DNA from: Octopus sinensis
Taxonomy: Eukaryota
DNA: 64,000 nucleotides
Assembly: GCF_006345805.1 (NCBI RefSeq)
Contig: NC_042998.1
Span: forward strand, 6,820,001-6,884,000
Reading direction: 5' to 3'
The translations under genes were made by a program, and so were the position numbers. A model generated the notes under the pieces. That model searched no databases. It was not told the origin of the DNA and was given only the letters and a program-made list of their open reading frames with translations. Below, piece by piece: positions 24,646 through 40,075 of the stretch (the stretch's first letter is position 1; every line of letters begins with the position of its first letter).

Positions 24646-24849
24646 GTACTTGTAATTCTGATGATACTTTCTAACAAAGGGTCAAAGGAAGGGGACAGTC
24701 ATTTACAATGACTCTGGTGCTGGACTAGTCCTTTATTTTATCATGCGGGGAACATTGAAGAGCAAAGCTGATCTCAAGTGAGAGTTGAAAAAAAAACTTT
24801 GAACATAACAGGTCGTAACAAAGCACTACAATATATTAAACACATCAGT

Positions 24850-25075
24850 CTACCATTTCTGCCAATTATAGAAGTAAGAATCTTTTACATTGCAACTAGG
24901 GCAGAAGATGAGGGAGACGCTGTTGGACACTATTAAGCTCCAGAGTGTTGTACTGAGTGAAAACATATCTGATAAAGGTGATGATATCTGTAGATTGTTC
25001 AGATATCTCTGTTGATTCTTCAATGTCTGTGCTTATCTTTGTTATCCTTAGTCTTCGAAGTCTTTTGCACAGAGC
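24850..25075 (-). pseudogene. Possible decayed RTE ORF C-terminus
   Basis: Frameshifted LCAKDFED...TLKNQQR...IFCPSCN...SIIGRNGRL resembles the RTE C-terminal zinc-finger region. Confidence 0.4.
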
Positions 25076-25086
25076 ATCATTATAAT

Positions 25087-25720
25087 GTAACGTCCATGCT
25101 AGCATGGTGGAGGCGTGATGGCCCAGTGGTTAGGGCAGCGGACTCGCGGTCGGAGGATCAGGGTTTCGATCCCCAGACCGGGTGTTGTGTGTTTTTTGAG
25201 CAAAAACACCTAAAAGCTCCACGAGGCTCCGGCTGCGGGTGGTGGCGACCCCTGTTGTACTCTTTCGCCACAACTTTCTCTCACTCTCTCTTCCTGTTTC
25301 TTGAGTAATACTATGATGGACTGATGTCCCGTCCAGCTGGGGGGAATACATGCACTACAGAAACCAAGAAACTGGGCCCATGAGCCTGGCTAGGCTTGAA
25401 AAGGGCAACGTTTTTATCATTATGCTAGCATGAGTTGAACGGTTTAACTGGGTTGAACGGTTTGACATTGTCCATGCTGGCATGGGTTGAATGGTTTGAC
25501 TGGGCTGGCATGCCGGAAGGCTGCGGCAGGCTCCAGTCTGATTTGGCATGGTTTCCTACGACTGGATGCCCTTCCTAATGCCAACCACTCTAAGAGTGTA
25601 ATGGGTGCTTTTACATCCCCTTGGCACAGGTGCCTTTTGCAGGACACCAGTATCTGCCACGACTGTGATTTTGCTTGGCTTCATGGGTCTTCTTCTCAAA
25701 CACGACCTAATGCCAACATG
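25087..25720 (-). mobile_element. RTE LINE 3'-end copy interrupted by a SINE
   Basis: aacgtccatgctagcatg | SINE | atgctagcatgagttgaacgg...ctggatgcccttcctaatgccaaccac. Confidence 0.8.
25107..25421 (+). mobile_element. tRNA-derived SINE group B (tail type ii) with 11-bp TSD
   Basis: TSD atgctagcatg at 25096-25106 and 25422-25432; intact head tggcccagtggttagggcagcggactcgcgg...ggtttcgatccc. Confidence 0.92.
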
Positions 25721-25939
25721 TTGACATAAAAGAAAAAAATGTACTGCTAGAGCAGTGGAATGCTTCCTTTCCACAGCAAGAGGTGGAAGAACTGACACTT
25801 TCAGTCTAGTATGACTAAAAGAAGCACCATTCAATGGTCAAGTGGTAATATGAAGTGGAGTTAGTCTATGAATTAATATTTCCTCTTTTGTTTTGTTGTG
25901 GTGAGAGAGTGGCAGTTGGGGTCAATAGATTTCTTTTTG

Positions 25940-26420
25940 GTAAATTTCTTAGTGAAACTGGTCACCTTGTACTCTTCCAGGCATTTTGACCAAACAAAAT
26001 CCAAAACAACTGAATTAGTTCATCTGTTCAGTGTTCCATCATGCTGGTCATAACATGTTTTGCCATTCTAGGGGCTGGACTGAAAGTCCTCTGAATGGTT
26101 AAGGTTAAGTTTTACTCTTGCCACAGTTCCATATTCCCTTAGAAATATTGCAAACACATCTCCAAATACAATCTTCCTACCATCCAGTTTCTTTACAGTG
26201 ATGTTGTTTGTATACTCCTGCACAGCACCCTTATATCTCTGTTTGACCAACACTCCTCCTTTCATCAGCAGTTGCTCATGAATCAGAAATGATGAAAAGC
26301 AGACACCTTTGGCGTACTGAGTGTAAGATGCAAATGGATCTCATAGAAGGCCCTTTTGTCTGACCACTGAGCAGGTACTTCTATACATTGAAGTGATCCA
26401 GCCTCTGAAACTGGGATGGA
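25940..26420 (-). pseudogene. Decayed Tx1/L1-clade reverse transcriptase fragment
   Basis: Minus frames read GFHPSFRGWITSMYRSTCSVVR ... SVRQRCLL (cf. SVRQGCPL) ... YTNNITV (cf. YADDITV) ... FLREYGTVARVKLNLNHS (cf. Y...GAKIN..KS), with stops and frameshifts. Confidence 0.8.
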
Positions 26421-27788
26421 AACCAGCAATAGTGACAATGATGATGATGATAACGATATTGATAATGATGATGATGATGGTGATGATGCTAATGATAATG
26501 ACAACATCATTGACACTAATTTTGATACTCCCTTAACAATGGTGCCAATGTCAACCCTGACAACAATGGTAACAATGATAAATACAAATACACAAATAGA
26601 CTTTGCAATCTGCTCAGCTGTAGAACACGGTGTGAAGCTATTAGGATCTAGCAGGAAAATTCCTTTGAATCATTTGTAAGTATGATGATGGTATGATGAT
26701 GATGATGACGATGATGATGATGGCAGTGATGCCAAATAATGAGAATAGCAGTGGTGCTGACAAACAATGGTGATTGTGGAAGCTATGATGACAACAGAAA
26801 CAACAACGATAATGCCACTGATTCCAACGCCAATGACATGTCAAAGAATATGACAATAGCAATGATAATATTGGTGGTGATGACAATGATGATGATGATG
26901 ATGACGATGATGATGCTGCTTGGGGGAAGCTGGTAGCGACTACAATGCTGCTGCTGCTGATAATGATCTAAATGCTTTCCGTCCTTCCCTGACGGAGTTC
27001 ACCACGCTCCATCAGGTGGCAAGTGACTGCAGCATCACTTAAACTCCTTTCATTACAACCCCCAGCTCTCTGACACTAGATGGCAGTCCTGCTGTGTTTC
27101 GTATGAAAGATATTTCCTTTTTTTTTTTTTTTTTTTTTACTTTATTTTAGCTGCATTGGCCACAACCACATGCACACATGACATTTGCTACACTCATGCA
27201 CACATGACATTTGCTACACTCATGCACACACACACTAACGCAACCAATGAGCAGAAAATGCAGTACACCATCTGTGCTATTGAACATTTCTATACAGATT
27301 ACAAGCGTATACCCCATGGACATGAGAGAAGCAGTGATCATTGCTAGGCAGAAAGGTAATGGTGACAGCGATGGCGGATTTTATAGCAGAGGACACACAC
27401 AGCAGGAATGGAGGGGATGAAGACAAAACTAATGTTATAAGCTACTGCCGCAGTTGCTGGTGCTGTTGCTCCTGAAGATGGTGATGATGCCTCCTATTGT
27501 TGCAATTATATACTGTTGCAGCTGCTACTACCTTTGCCTCTGCTACTACTACTACTACTATTACTACTACTACTTCTATTACTACTGCTGCTGCTGCTAC
27601 TGTTGCTGCTGCTACTACTACAATTGCTACTGTTACTACTGCTGCTGCTGCTGCTGCTGCTACTACTACTACTACTACTACTACTAGTACTACTACTGCT
27701 GCTACTACTACTACTACTACCACTATTACTGCTACAACAAACACTACCACAAAAATGTCAACCACCACCAACACTACTACTGCTGCTG

Positions 27789-27821
<33 letters not shown>

Positions 27822-27825
27822 ATAT

Positions 27826-27859
<34 letters not shown>

Positions 27860-28120
27860 GCTTTTGATACAGTACTTCTAACAGTAACAACTATAAAATT
27901 TTGATAAGAAAAAGTCTCTATAATGAAGAACCTTTCTCTAACAACAACAATAACAACAACAGCAGCAACAACAACAACAACAACTATAACTCGAAGAAAT
28001 AGAATGAAAGAAAGAAAGAGAGTGGGAAAGATAGTTTAAATGACTTTGATTGAAAATGATGAAACATAATGAGTGAGTTTGCTTTGTTATTAAGGAAGAC
28101 ATTGAAATAAAACAGTTATT
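26420..28120. repeat. Long trinucleotide low-complexity region (GAT, CAA, ACT/GCT)
   Basis: Direct reading; generates poly-T/A, poly-L and poly-V ORFs. Confidence 0.9.
27009..27086 (+). promoter_or_regulatory. Two same-orientation CTCF-like motifs
   Basis: ccatcaggtggcaa (27009-27022) and acactagatggcag (27073-27086), each one or two mismatches from CCACYAGRKGGCRS. Confidence 0.4.
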
Positions 28121-28555
28121 CATCGTGAAATTAAATTTGAAAATTCTAACGAAAATAGTCTTTTAAGAATTATCTTCAAAGTAAACCTTCCGAAATGTGG
28201 TGGTCTAAGAATACAGACTGTGAACAAGAGTGTATTGGAGTGAGAGAGGAGCATGTATATTAGGAGTTTGTGTACGCATAGGATCTTGTGTGTATGTGAG
28301 TGAATGTTGGTGTAAGTACATACATATACATACATATATATATATATATGTATGTATATATATGTATATATATATGTGTGTGTATGTATGTATGTATGTA
28401 ATTTTTCTTGGTATGGAAATTACTGTTTCTGTACAAGATAGTGTAAATGTATGTTCTTCAATGTAAATGTATTTTGCTGCTTTATTATATATATATATAT
28501 ATAACCACATATCTATACACAAACATGCACACACATATATATATGTTTGTGTGTT

Positions 28556-28616
<61 letters not shown>

Positions 28617-28799
28617 ATATATATCTATATCTCTCTCTATATATCTATATATCTATCTATCTATATATATATATATATGTATGTATGTATATGCATGCTT
28701 GTGTTTGTATGTATGTACTTGCACATAGATACATGTGCATATTACTGTATCAATGTGTGTGTGTATATATATATATATGTATGTATGCATGCATGTATG

Positions 28800-28830
<31 letters not shown>

Positions 28831-28870
28831 TATATATATATAATATATATATATATGTATGTATGTATGT

Positions 28871-30179
28871 TGTACATTTTGAAACTGATTCTAAGCTGAA
28901 GCCTGACAGAATGTGACTCTCAGTTATACATCGGTTACACATTTTACCAATTCTGAAGCAATAACAGATTTGACTTCACTGATCTTTTTGTTTATATAAC
29001 CAATAACTACCATTGAATATGCAATACATGTTAACAATAGAAAAATCTTCTGATTTGGTTAAAGCATGTAGCAGCTTTATGCAAAGCTGTGGTACATTTA
29101 ACTGTTAGATATTTTGAAATATTTCAACAAATATTTCCAATTTGTGACAACAAAAACACTGAATGTGAGCTGTATGCTAACAAAATATTTTTAATTCATT
29201 TATAGTGTGTAGCAGTTGGGTACAAGTTTGCTCAATGTTCAAATATTATAGTTTTTGAAATATTTCCATAAATATTTGGGTTTCTGGAAATAGAAAAATA
29301 TTGGTTCTGAATGGGTGTTTACGATAGAATTCTTCTGAAAAAAATATATTAACTTTTTTTTTCTGAAATACACAGATAACATCCAACATTACCTTGATAA
29401 TAAGGTTTGGTATGTTCTGATATCTTCCATATAATTTTTATTCTGATATTGTTATACCTTAAAGATTAGATGTACTATGATAAACTAATGTTAAAAGATG
29501 TATGTATGTGTGTGTATATATATATATATATGTATGTATGTATGTATGTTGTACATTTTGAAACTGATTCTAAGCTGAAGCTACACAGAATGTGACTCTC
29601 AGTTATACATCGGTTACACATTTTACCAATTCTGAAGCAATAACAGATTTGACTTCACTGATCTTTTTGTTTATATAACCAATAACTACCATTGAATATG
29701 CAATACATGTTAACAATAGAAAAATCTTCTGATTTGGTTAAAGCATGTAGCAGCTTTATGCAAAGCTGTGGTACATTTAACTGTTAGATATTTTGAAATA
29801 TTTCAACAAATATTTCCAATTTGTGACAACAAAAACACTGAATGTGAGCTGTATGCTAACAAAAGATTTTTAATTCATTTATAGTGTGTAGCAATTGGGG
29901 ACAAGTTTGCTCAATGTTCAAATATTATAGTTTTTGAAATATTTCCATAAATATTTGGGTTTCTGGAAATAGAAAAATATTGGTTCTGAATGGGTGTTTA
30001 CGATAGAATTCTTCTGAAAAAAATATATTAACTTTTTTTTTCTGAAATACACAGATAACATCCAACATTACCTTGATAATAAGGTTTGGTATGTTCTGAT
30101 ATCTTCCATATAATTTTTATTCTGATATTGTTATACCTTAAAGATTAGATGTACTATGATAAACTAATGTTAAAAGATG
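28871..30179. repeat. Tandem duplication, period 679 bp (28871-29500 and 29550-30179)
   Basis: About 630 bp of non-microsatellite sequence repeated with about 6 substitutions; the junction lies in a (TA)/(TATG) microsatellite. Confidence 0.95.
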
Positions 30180-33143
30180 TATGTATGTGTATCTTATATC
30201 TGTGTGTGAATGTGTGCAGTTGCTTCTGTCCATGTATGTATATCTGGTAACTGACACAATCAGTGAAATACAGACTGTTGAAAAATGTATGAGACTGAAA
30301 TAAGTACTAGGGTCACTATGTTCTACTAAAAGGTTGTGTTGGTTGTGAACCTGCATGGTCCAGGGCTATAGTAGACGACTCTTGCCCAAACTGCTTCATA
30401 ATGGGATTGAACCTAAAACCCAATGGCTACAAAGCAGGCTTCTTAACCACACAGCTCTGCCTACCCATTCCTTATTTTTATTCCATAAATATTTTCATGG
30501 TTGTTTTTCTGCCAAACTTTCTTTCCTTGTCCTTCCTCTTGCAGTTTCTAATTGAATAACTCATCTATCTGCTGTTTCTCATTCCCTTAGTTGACCCCAT
30601 TCTGTGAAGAAGTGTCTCTACTCTAGTAATTTCATTCCTCAAACGTCTGTCTTAGGGAACACTCTTCCTTTTTGTTTCACCGATAAACATGATCATAAAT
30701 CTTTTAAATCTTGCTTTGATTGTTTCGTGACTCTTAGGGCAGCTCTGCACGAGTTTCTTTTCGTTTTTCTTTTGTAACTCACAACATTCTAAGTGGTTGT
30801 TTGAAACCTGTTTTATTGCTGACCACTTGCTACCTTGTTTGGACTGACTTTTGATATACAAAAAAAAATTAGATAAAACTTAAATTGGCAGGGTTGTTAG
30901 TACTTCAGACAGAATACTTTGTTATATTTATTCCAGCTCTCCATGGTCTGGGTTTGACTCTTGTCGAAGTCAGCTCTTCTTTTCAAGCTGGTGCTCCAGC
31001 ATGATCACAGTCTAATGACTGAAATTAGTGAAAGAGTGTGTTTGTATAATATAACTCATTTATATTAATTGAGGTGTTTTAAACAACAGATAAATAAATG
31101 ACCAGGGTCCAGAAGAAAGAGAAATGATGATGGCAGTAGGGAAATAAATTAACAACAGAGGGGTGTGGGGCTTTAATAAATTAAAGGAAGAAATATCACC
31201 TCCTATGTTGCAGAGCTTACTTGGTGAATTATATTCATGGCACCAGCACAGGAGAGGTTATCCTGTCCTTGGCATGTACAAAGAGTTCTCTTGATCCAAT
31301 ACCTCAGCTGTGACAGTGATAATAATGATAACGTGGAAGAGGAGCCAGAAGAGAAAGATGAAAGAAATTTCTATACTCCCATTGACTCTGTTTTCTTTTT
31401 CTCATATTTTAAACCAAATTCTTTAGATTTCACATTATTTTGCTTTTTGTTCCTTAAGAGTTAGACACTTAGTATACACATTATCTCAGAATCATGTCCC
31501 ACTACTTCATTTTTACGCCTTCTTCATTCTTTTCTTCATACCGGAAGTATACACCCATTGCATAGTGGACCCACGCAGAGAACAAATTTCTTCATCGGTA
31601 TAAATGGAATATTTTTCCTTTGATATTTAGTTTTTCTTTATCTTTTTCAATTCTCTTTCCACTCATTAACTCTACTTTATGCTATCATTAATGTCTTCTC
31701 TGTAGCTGATGAGGTCAATGAACTAAGAGAACATATCCAATTCTTTTATTATATCTTGCATCATTTTATAGCTTTTCATGCCTGCACAGCATTTCTAGTC
31801 AGTTATACAATAAACCTGGATATAGTAAAACTCAGTTTGTTGCCAGTTTGATGGAACTGAAATTACACCTCTTATATGTTCATTGGTTGCTATTTGGGTT
31901 CCTATCAACATCATTCTCCCATAGATGTAACATAAGTGCTTTGACAGTTTGGGGCTTTTTTTGTTTTGTTTTGCTTTTGCTATGACAGTATTTACCTCTC
32001 AAATGATTCCCAGCTTTTATTCATGTTTATCTTCTATATTATCACTGCTTGCATTATATAGATTACAGACTTCTGTGATTCTATAAGTTATACTGTCATG
32101 AATATCAAATCATAAGCAAACAGCAATTCCTAGAGCAACCAACTCTGAAATTTGCTTATTTTTCAGGCTTTAAGAACTAGGTGTTTTTTATTGCTATAAA
32201 TGCTGTCGGTACACAAATGTTGATAAAATTATACCAAGAAAATTATAGCAACAGTAATAAAACAGAGATAACATGACATGCTATGGTTTTGTTTCCCAAA
32301 GGGAGTCAATTCATTTCATTTATATCACTGATGCCTTTTAGAAAATTTTGTACACCTCAGCACTCATTTGCTCTCCTCTAAATCTTACATAGTAACAGAT
32401 ATGTTATCTATTACTATTGTGGCATGCCAATATATATTCTGTGGCTAACCTATTTCTTTGTGTTCTGTTGGGGCTTCACTTTTATTTCTGTGCAAAATTG
32501 GGTGGTAAAATCTACCAACTTTGTTACAAAAAGTATTCAACACTTTTCCTAATTGTTCCTACCTTTACAAATAGAAACTGAGAATAATGATTCTTTGTTG
32601 TTGTTTAACCCCACACCCCTGTCAAGTGAGATTTAACAAACCTAGAAACAAAGACATTCCATTCGTGACTAATCCATGATTTTCCAGGTGTTGCACACCT
32701 CTGATTATCCAATGGATAATTATTTTTTTTTATTTGTACATGAGTTGTACATGATTTGGCTTCTGTTTCTAGCAAATCCTGTGACCATGCAGTGGCTTCT
32801 TTGTTGAGTGCTTTTATTTTAGTTGAGGTGTTAAAGGCAAGTAGAGTAATGGATGTTTCTCAAAGACGGTGATGGAGTTGGGATGGCTATGGGGCTTGCC
32901 GTACTATTTACTGCTGTCCATTGTCCAGTACTTTGCACTGTTGTGACTACTGCTCTCAAATGTTGCATCTTAAATTTATGCAATGTTTACATTATGTGTG
33001 TGTGTGTGGTGAGTGAGTGAGTGAGTGAGTGTGTGTGTGTGTGAGTGAGTGAGTGAGTGAGTGTGTGTGTGTGTGTGTGTGTGCACGTGCATATTCCTTT
33101 CAATCATTTTCTACCCAAACTGATATAAAATTCTATAAATGTA

Positions 33144-33542
33144 CTAGCAGTATCGCCCGGCATTGCTCAGGTTTGTAAGGGAAATAACTATATAAGCATT
33201 TTTAGAGAGTTATAGCCAAAAAATAGCAAAAAAACGCATTAAAAATGAAAAAAAAATTATGGTAAATTTTTTTTTAAATCGTTGACTCATCGTAGACATT
33301 TTTAGAGAGTTACTTCCCTTATATAATAGCGAAAAAAAAGCATTAAAATGGAAAAAAATTATGGTAAATTTTTTTTTAAATTGTAGACTCATCGTAGACG
33401 TGTGCTAATACCCAGAAGGGCTCGATATGAATCACGACTATAAGATACCCGGTTTTGGTTAAGCTGCACTGCAAAATGTGGGAGTAGTTAGGAATCTAAA
33501 TCGTAGGAGACAGACACACAACTTCTATTTTATATATAAAGA
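33144..33542 (-). mobile_element. Non-autonomous Helitron (~400 bp)
   Basis: Minus strand begins A|TCTTTATATATAAAA and ends cctgagcaatgccggg (hairpin-like) cgatactgCTAG|T, giving canonical A/TC...CTAG/T termini; internal ~100-bp tandem duplication. Confidence 0.85.
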
Positions 33543-33938
33543 TGTCAATGCCAAGCAAAAATTTGCTGTAGCAACTGACTTGCAGCAGCAAATTGGATGT
33601 TGTTGCAACTCGACCAAAATATTTGAAGGGTAAATTTATTTATCCATAACCTCGGGTATAAACAGTTGTGCAAGACATTTGTTTTACCCTCTGGCTTTTT
33701 GTTATCTTCTACAAAGAAACCTAGTGTATGCACTGGTATGTGTGCATATTTGTCCGTGCTTGTCTGTGTGTGTGGTGTGTGTGTGTGTGTGAGTGCATGT
33801 GCTTGTGTGTATGTGTGTGTCTATGTGTTGATAAGGTAGAGAAGGAGAATGCGTAAACATATAAATGTTTTAGTGAAGAAAGAAATAAGCTGCCATCAAA
33901 CCGATTCCACAATTTGATTTCAAATTTTGGCAATACTT

Positions 33939-34201
33939 ATCATCATCATCATCATCATCATCATCATCGTTTAACGTCCGCATTCCATGCTGGCATGGGT
34001 TGGATGGTGCAACTGGGGTCTGGGAAACCAGAAGGCTGCGCCAGGCCCAGTCTGATCTGGCAATGTTTCTACAGCTGGATGCCTTTCCTAACGCCAACCA
34101 CTCCATGAGTGTAGTGGGAGCTTTTTACATGCCACCGGCACAGGTGCCAGACGAGGCTGGAAATGGCTACGGTCGGATGGTGCTTTTTACGTGCCACCGG
34201 C
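33939..34201 (-). mobile_element. RTE LINE 3'-end copy
   Basis: (CAT)n followed by cgtttaacgtccgcattccatgctggcatggg...tttacgtgccaccgg. Confidence 0.88.
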
Positions 34202-34944
34202 AAATGCATATATGATGGTGGATGACAAAACTTGGTAGAGCATCAGGCAGAATGGCTTGTGTGTATTCGATTATGACTCTTTACATTGTGAGTTTCAATT
34301 TTACCTAAGCGAAGGTATACAGAGGGGATTGTTTTGTAGCCAAGTGATTTTGGATTTACTTCTTCTGCAGTGCATTTTGGTTTCTAATATAACCTTGAGC
34401 CAACCAATATCTTTAGAGTGTTACCAAATATAAACTTGATGTAAACTGGATAGAAGTCTGTTCTGTACATACATAGATATATATATGCGTGTATATATGT
34501 GCATATATACATATATATATATATATATATGATAATGGATTCTCTTGTTGAGAACAACAAATGAGGGTTCAGTAAAATAAAGTGTTAATTCTATTGACAT
34601 GAATGTCTTTTGAGGCCTACTGGTGCCTTGTAAACCTTTTGGCAAATGGAAGGAGTCAAGGACTCAGTTTGCTTGAGTGTTTGTGGATCGTTCACTATGT
34701 GTTTTCTTGAGTGGACAGCAAGGCCGTTTTGCTTCTGTCTTTGTGTGTCTGTTTGTCCCCCACCACCACTTGACAACCAGTGTTGTTGTGTTTGACAAAA
34801 GAGACCGATAGAATAAGTATCAGGCTTTTAAAAATAACTACTGGAGTCAATTCTTTAAACTAAAAGTCTTCAAGGTGGTGTTTTAGCATGGTCAAAGCCC
34901 AATGCCAAATTGATAAAATAAAAATGTAGTGTAAAGGGTAAAAG

Positions 34945-35240
34945 GATAAAGAGCCCCTTCGGTCATGAATAACCATAGGATTGTACCTAGAAAGTTACCC
35001 TCCAAGGCACAAGTCCAGACAAGGTTGTTTACAGGAGACCAGCAGTCACCCCCAGATACCAGCCTCCCCTCTTCACACCACAGATGTTATCCAAGGGAAA
35101 GGCAAAGTCTGATACAGCTTGGTACCTGGAGCAATGTGGAACAATGTGAAATAATGTGAAATAAAGTGCCTTGCTCAAGAACATAGCACACCGCCTGGTC
35201 CAGGAATCGAACTCGTTACCACATGATTGTGAGTCTGATC
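34945..35240 (-). mobile_element. SINE group B (tail type iv)
   Basis: Reverse complement of the 57036-57370 type: ccccttcggtcatgaataaccataggattgtacctagaaagttaccctcc...ccaggaatcgaact. Confidence 0.7.
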
Positions 35241-35559
35241 AACTATATTCTTAAAGATGCTGCTCCAGTATGGCCAGGTCTAGGTACAATCCAGTATGAA
35301 ATCATTAAAGAGTAAAAGAATGTAATAATTGATATGTGATTTCCCTTGGTTGACGTTTACTGATGTCAACACAGGACAAGCATGAAAATCAAAACTCCCA
35401 TTTCTCTGTGTAATGAATACCTGGAGCTACATGCTCATTGGAGAAGCTCACAGAACCATTCCTGTGTATCCTACCAGAAATAGTATGACAGGGCCATAAT
35501 GGTTTGGGGAAACAGATATGCTTTATGAATAATTAAATGTCCTACTGTAGATTATTTAT

Positions 35560-38400
<2,841 letters not shown>

Positions 38401-38835
38401 CAAAGGTTTTGTGTATTTACATTTTACGATTTTTATGTGTTACATAACTTCGGTTAGACTTCAGAAAGAGGAAATCAATACATTACTGTTAGTTATTTAA
38501 TCAGTCTTGAAATGCTGCAAGACATTGTTGATGCCAAACAATCAGAATTTAGAACAGTGTGACATCAAACTTGATGCTAATGTATCTTGTCTGCTCTTGG
38601 GCCAATGTAGGAATTTCAAAGTCGATGTTGAACCAACTAGAAATAACAGTCAAATATTCCTCAAAAGTATAGTTCTTCTGAAATATTAAATTTCTAAATC
38701 TCTCATAGAGATATGTACGGTGGTGGGGCGATAGAATGGTTGTATACTGTCAATCTAACGTGAACGTGACAGTAGGGGGTTACACCACCGCTGTTTAGCC
38801 CTAGGAAGCATCGACACCTCCTGATGGCTTTGACA

Positions 38836-38875
38836 CATTTTTCCTGTGTCCCTATATAAGGACACAGGAAAAATG
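38836..38875. other. Perfect 16-bp inverted repeat (hairpin, 8-nt loop)
   Basis: catttttcctgtgtcc-ctatataa-ggacacaggaaaaatg. Confidence 0.9.
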
Positions 38876-39263
38876 GAGCACTGCCTTTAGTCAAGCAAAT
38901 CGACCCCAGGACTTATTCTTTGTAAGCCTAGTACTTATTCTATCGGTCTCTTTTGCCGAACCGCTAAGTTACAGGGACATAAATACACCAGCATCAGCTG
39001 TCAATTGATGTTGGGGGAACAAACACAGACACACAGATATATACATATATATATATATACTATATATATATATATATATAGATATATATATATATATATA
39101 TATATGTGAAGGGTTTCTTTCAGTTTCTGTCTACCAAATCCACTCTCAAGGCTTTGGTTGGCCTCAGGCTATAGTAGAAGACACTTGCCCAAGGAGCCAT
39201 GCAGTGGGACTGAACCCGGAACCATGTGGTTGGTAAGCAAGCTACTTACCACACAGCCACTCC
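38874..39263 (-). mobile_element. SINE group A, 3'-truncated
   Basis: tggagcactgcctttagtc...gctacttaccacacagccactcc. Confidence 0.88.
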
Positions 39264-39709
39264 TTTGCCTGATACACACCAAACTCATGACACTCGTGTT
39301 TCCTGAAAGACAAATCGATGGGTGGTCATTGCAGCCGGTGCAGATATCTGAGTCCTTTCTGATTGGAGTTGATTAATTATAGGTTCGCATATGTAAGGTG
39401 ATATGACCAATAATAACTAACCGGATCCGAGACACCATATTACACAAATATGTTGTTAATTAAACTAAGAAGATGCTAGATTATTTATTTAGTCCAAATA
39501 TCTATGTTTCATTATGCAAATATTATTTTCATTTTTCATCACATTTTCGTTTTTAAAAGAGAAAAGAAAAAAAATAATGTAATTATACTTTTAAATTGTG
39601 TTGGCTATTCGAAATATTTTGACTTAACGAATGTTTTAGAGTTTTAGATAGTTATGTTTTATTATAGGTTTTGTTTGTGTTTGTGGCATATGTGTTTTCA
39701 TGTATATAT

Positions 39710-39890
39710 ATGTTCCTGTGTATGAATGTATATATGTATTTGTGTCTGGGTGTGTTTGATTATATATATGGATATATATGAATTTATATATATATATATA
39801 TATATATTACATATATGTTCTTGTCTATGAATGTATATATATTTGTGTCTGGGTGTGTTTGATTATATATATGGATATATATATATGAAT

Positions 39891-39939
<49 letters not shown>

Positions 39940-39995
39940 CTTATATATATGTTCCTGTGTATGAATGTATACATATTTGTGTCTGAGTGTGTTTG

Positions 39996-40037
<42 letters not shown>

Positions 40038-40075
40038 CTTGTGTATGAATGTATATATATTTGTGTGTTTGTGTA
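39710..40075. repeat. Minisatellite: four units of tgttcctgtgtatgaatgtatatat...ttgtgtctgggtgtgtttgat separated by variable (TA)n
   Basis: Units start at about 39711, 39816, 39950 and 40034. Confidence 0.9.

Noticed and set aside
27497-27904. Mucin-like Thr/Ala-rich ORF
   Set aside because: An (ACT/GCT)n microsatellite that is open in several frames on both strands, with no splice evidence
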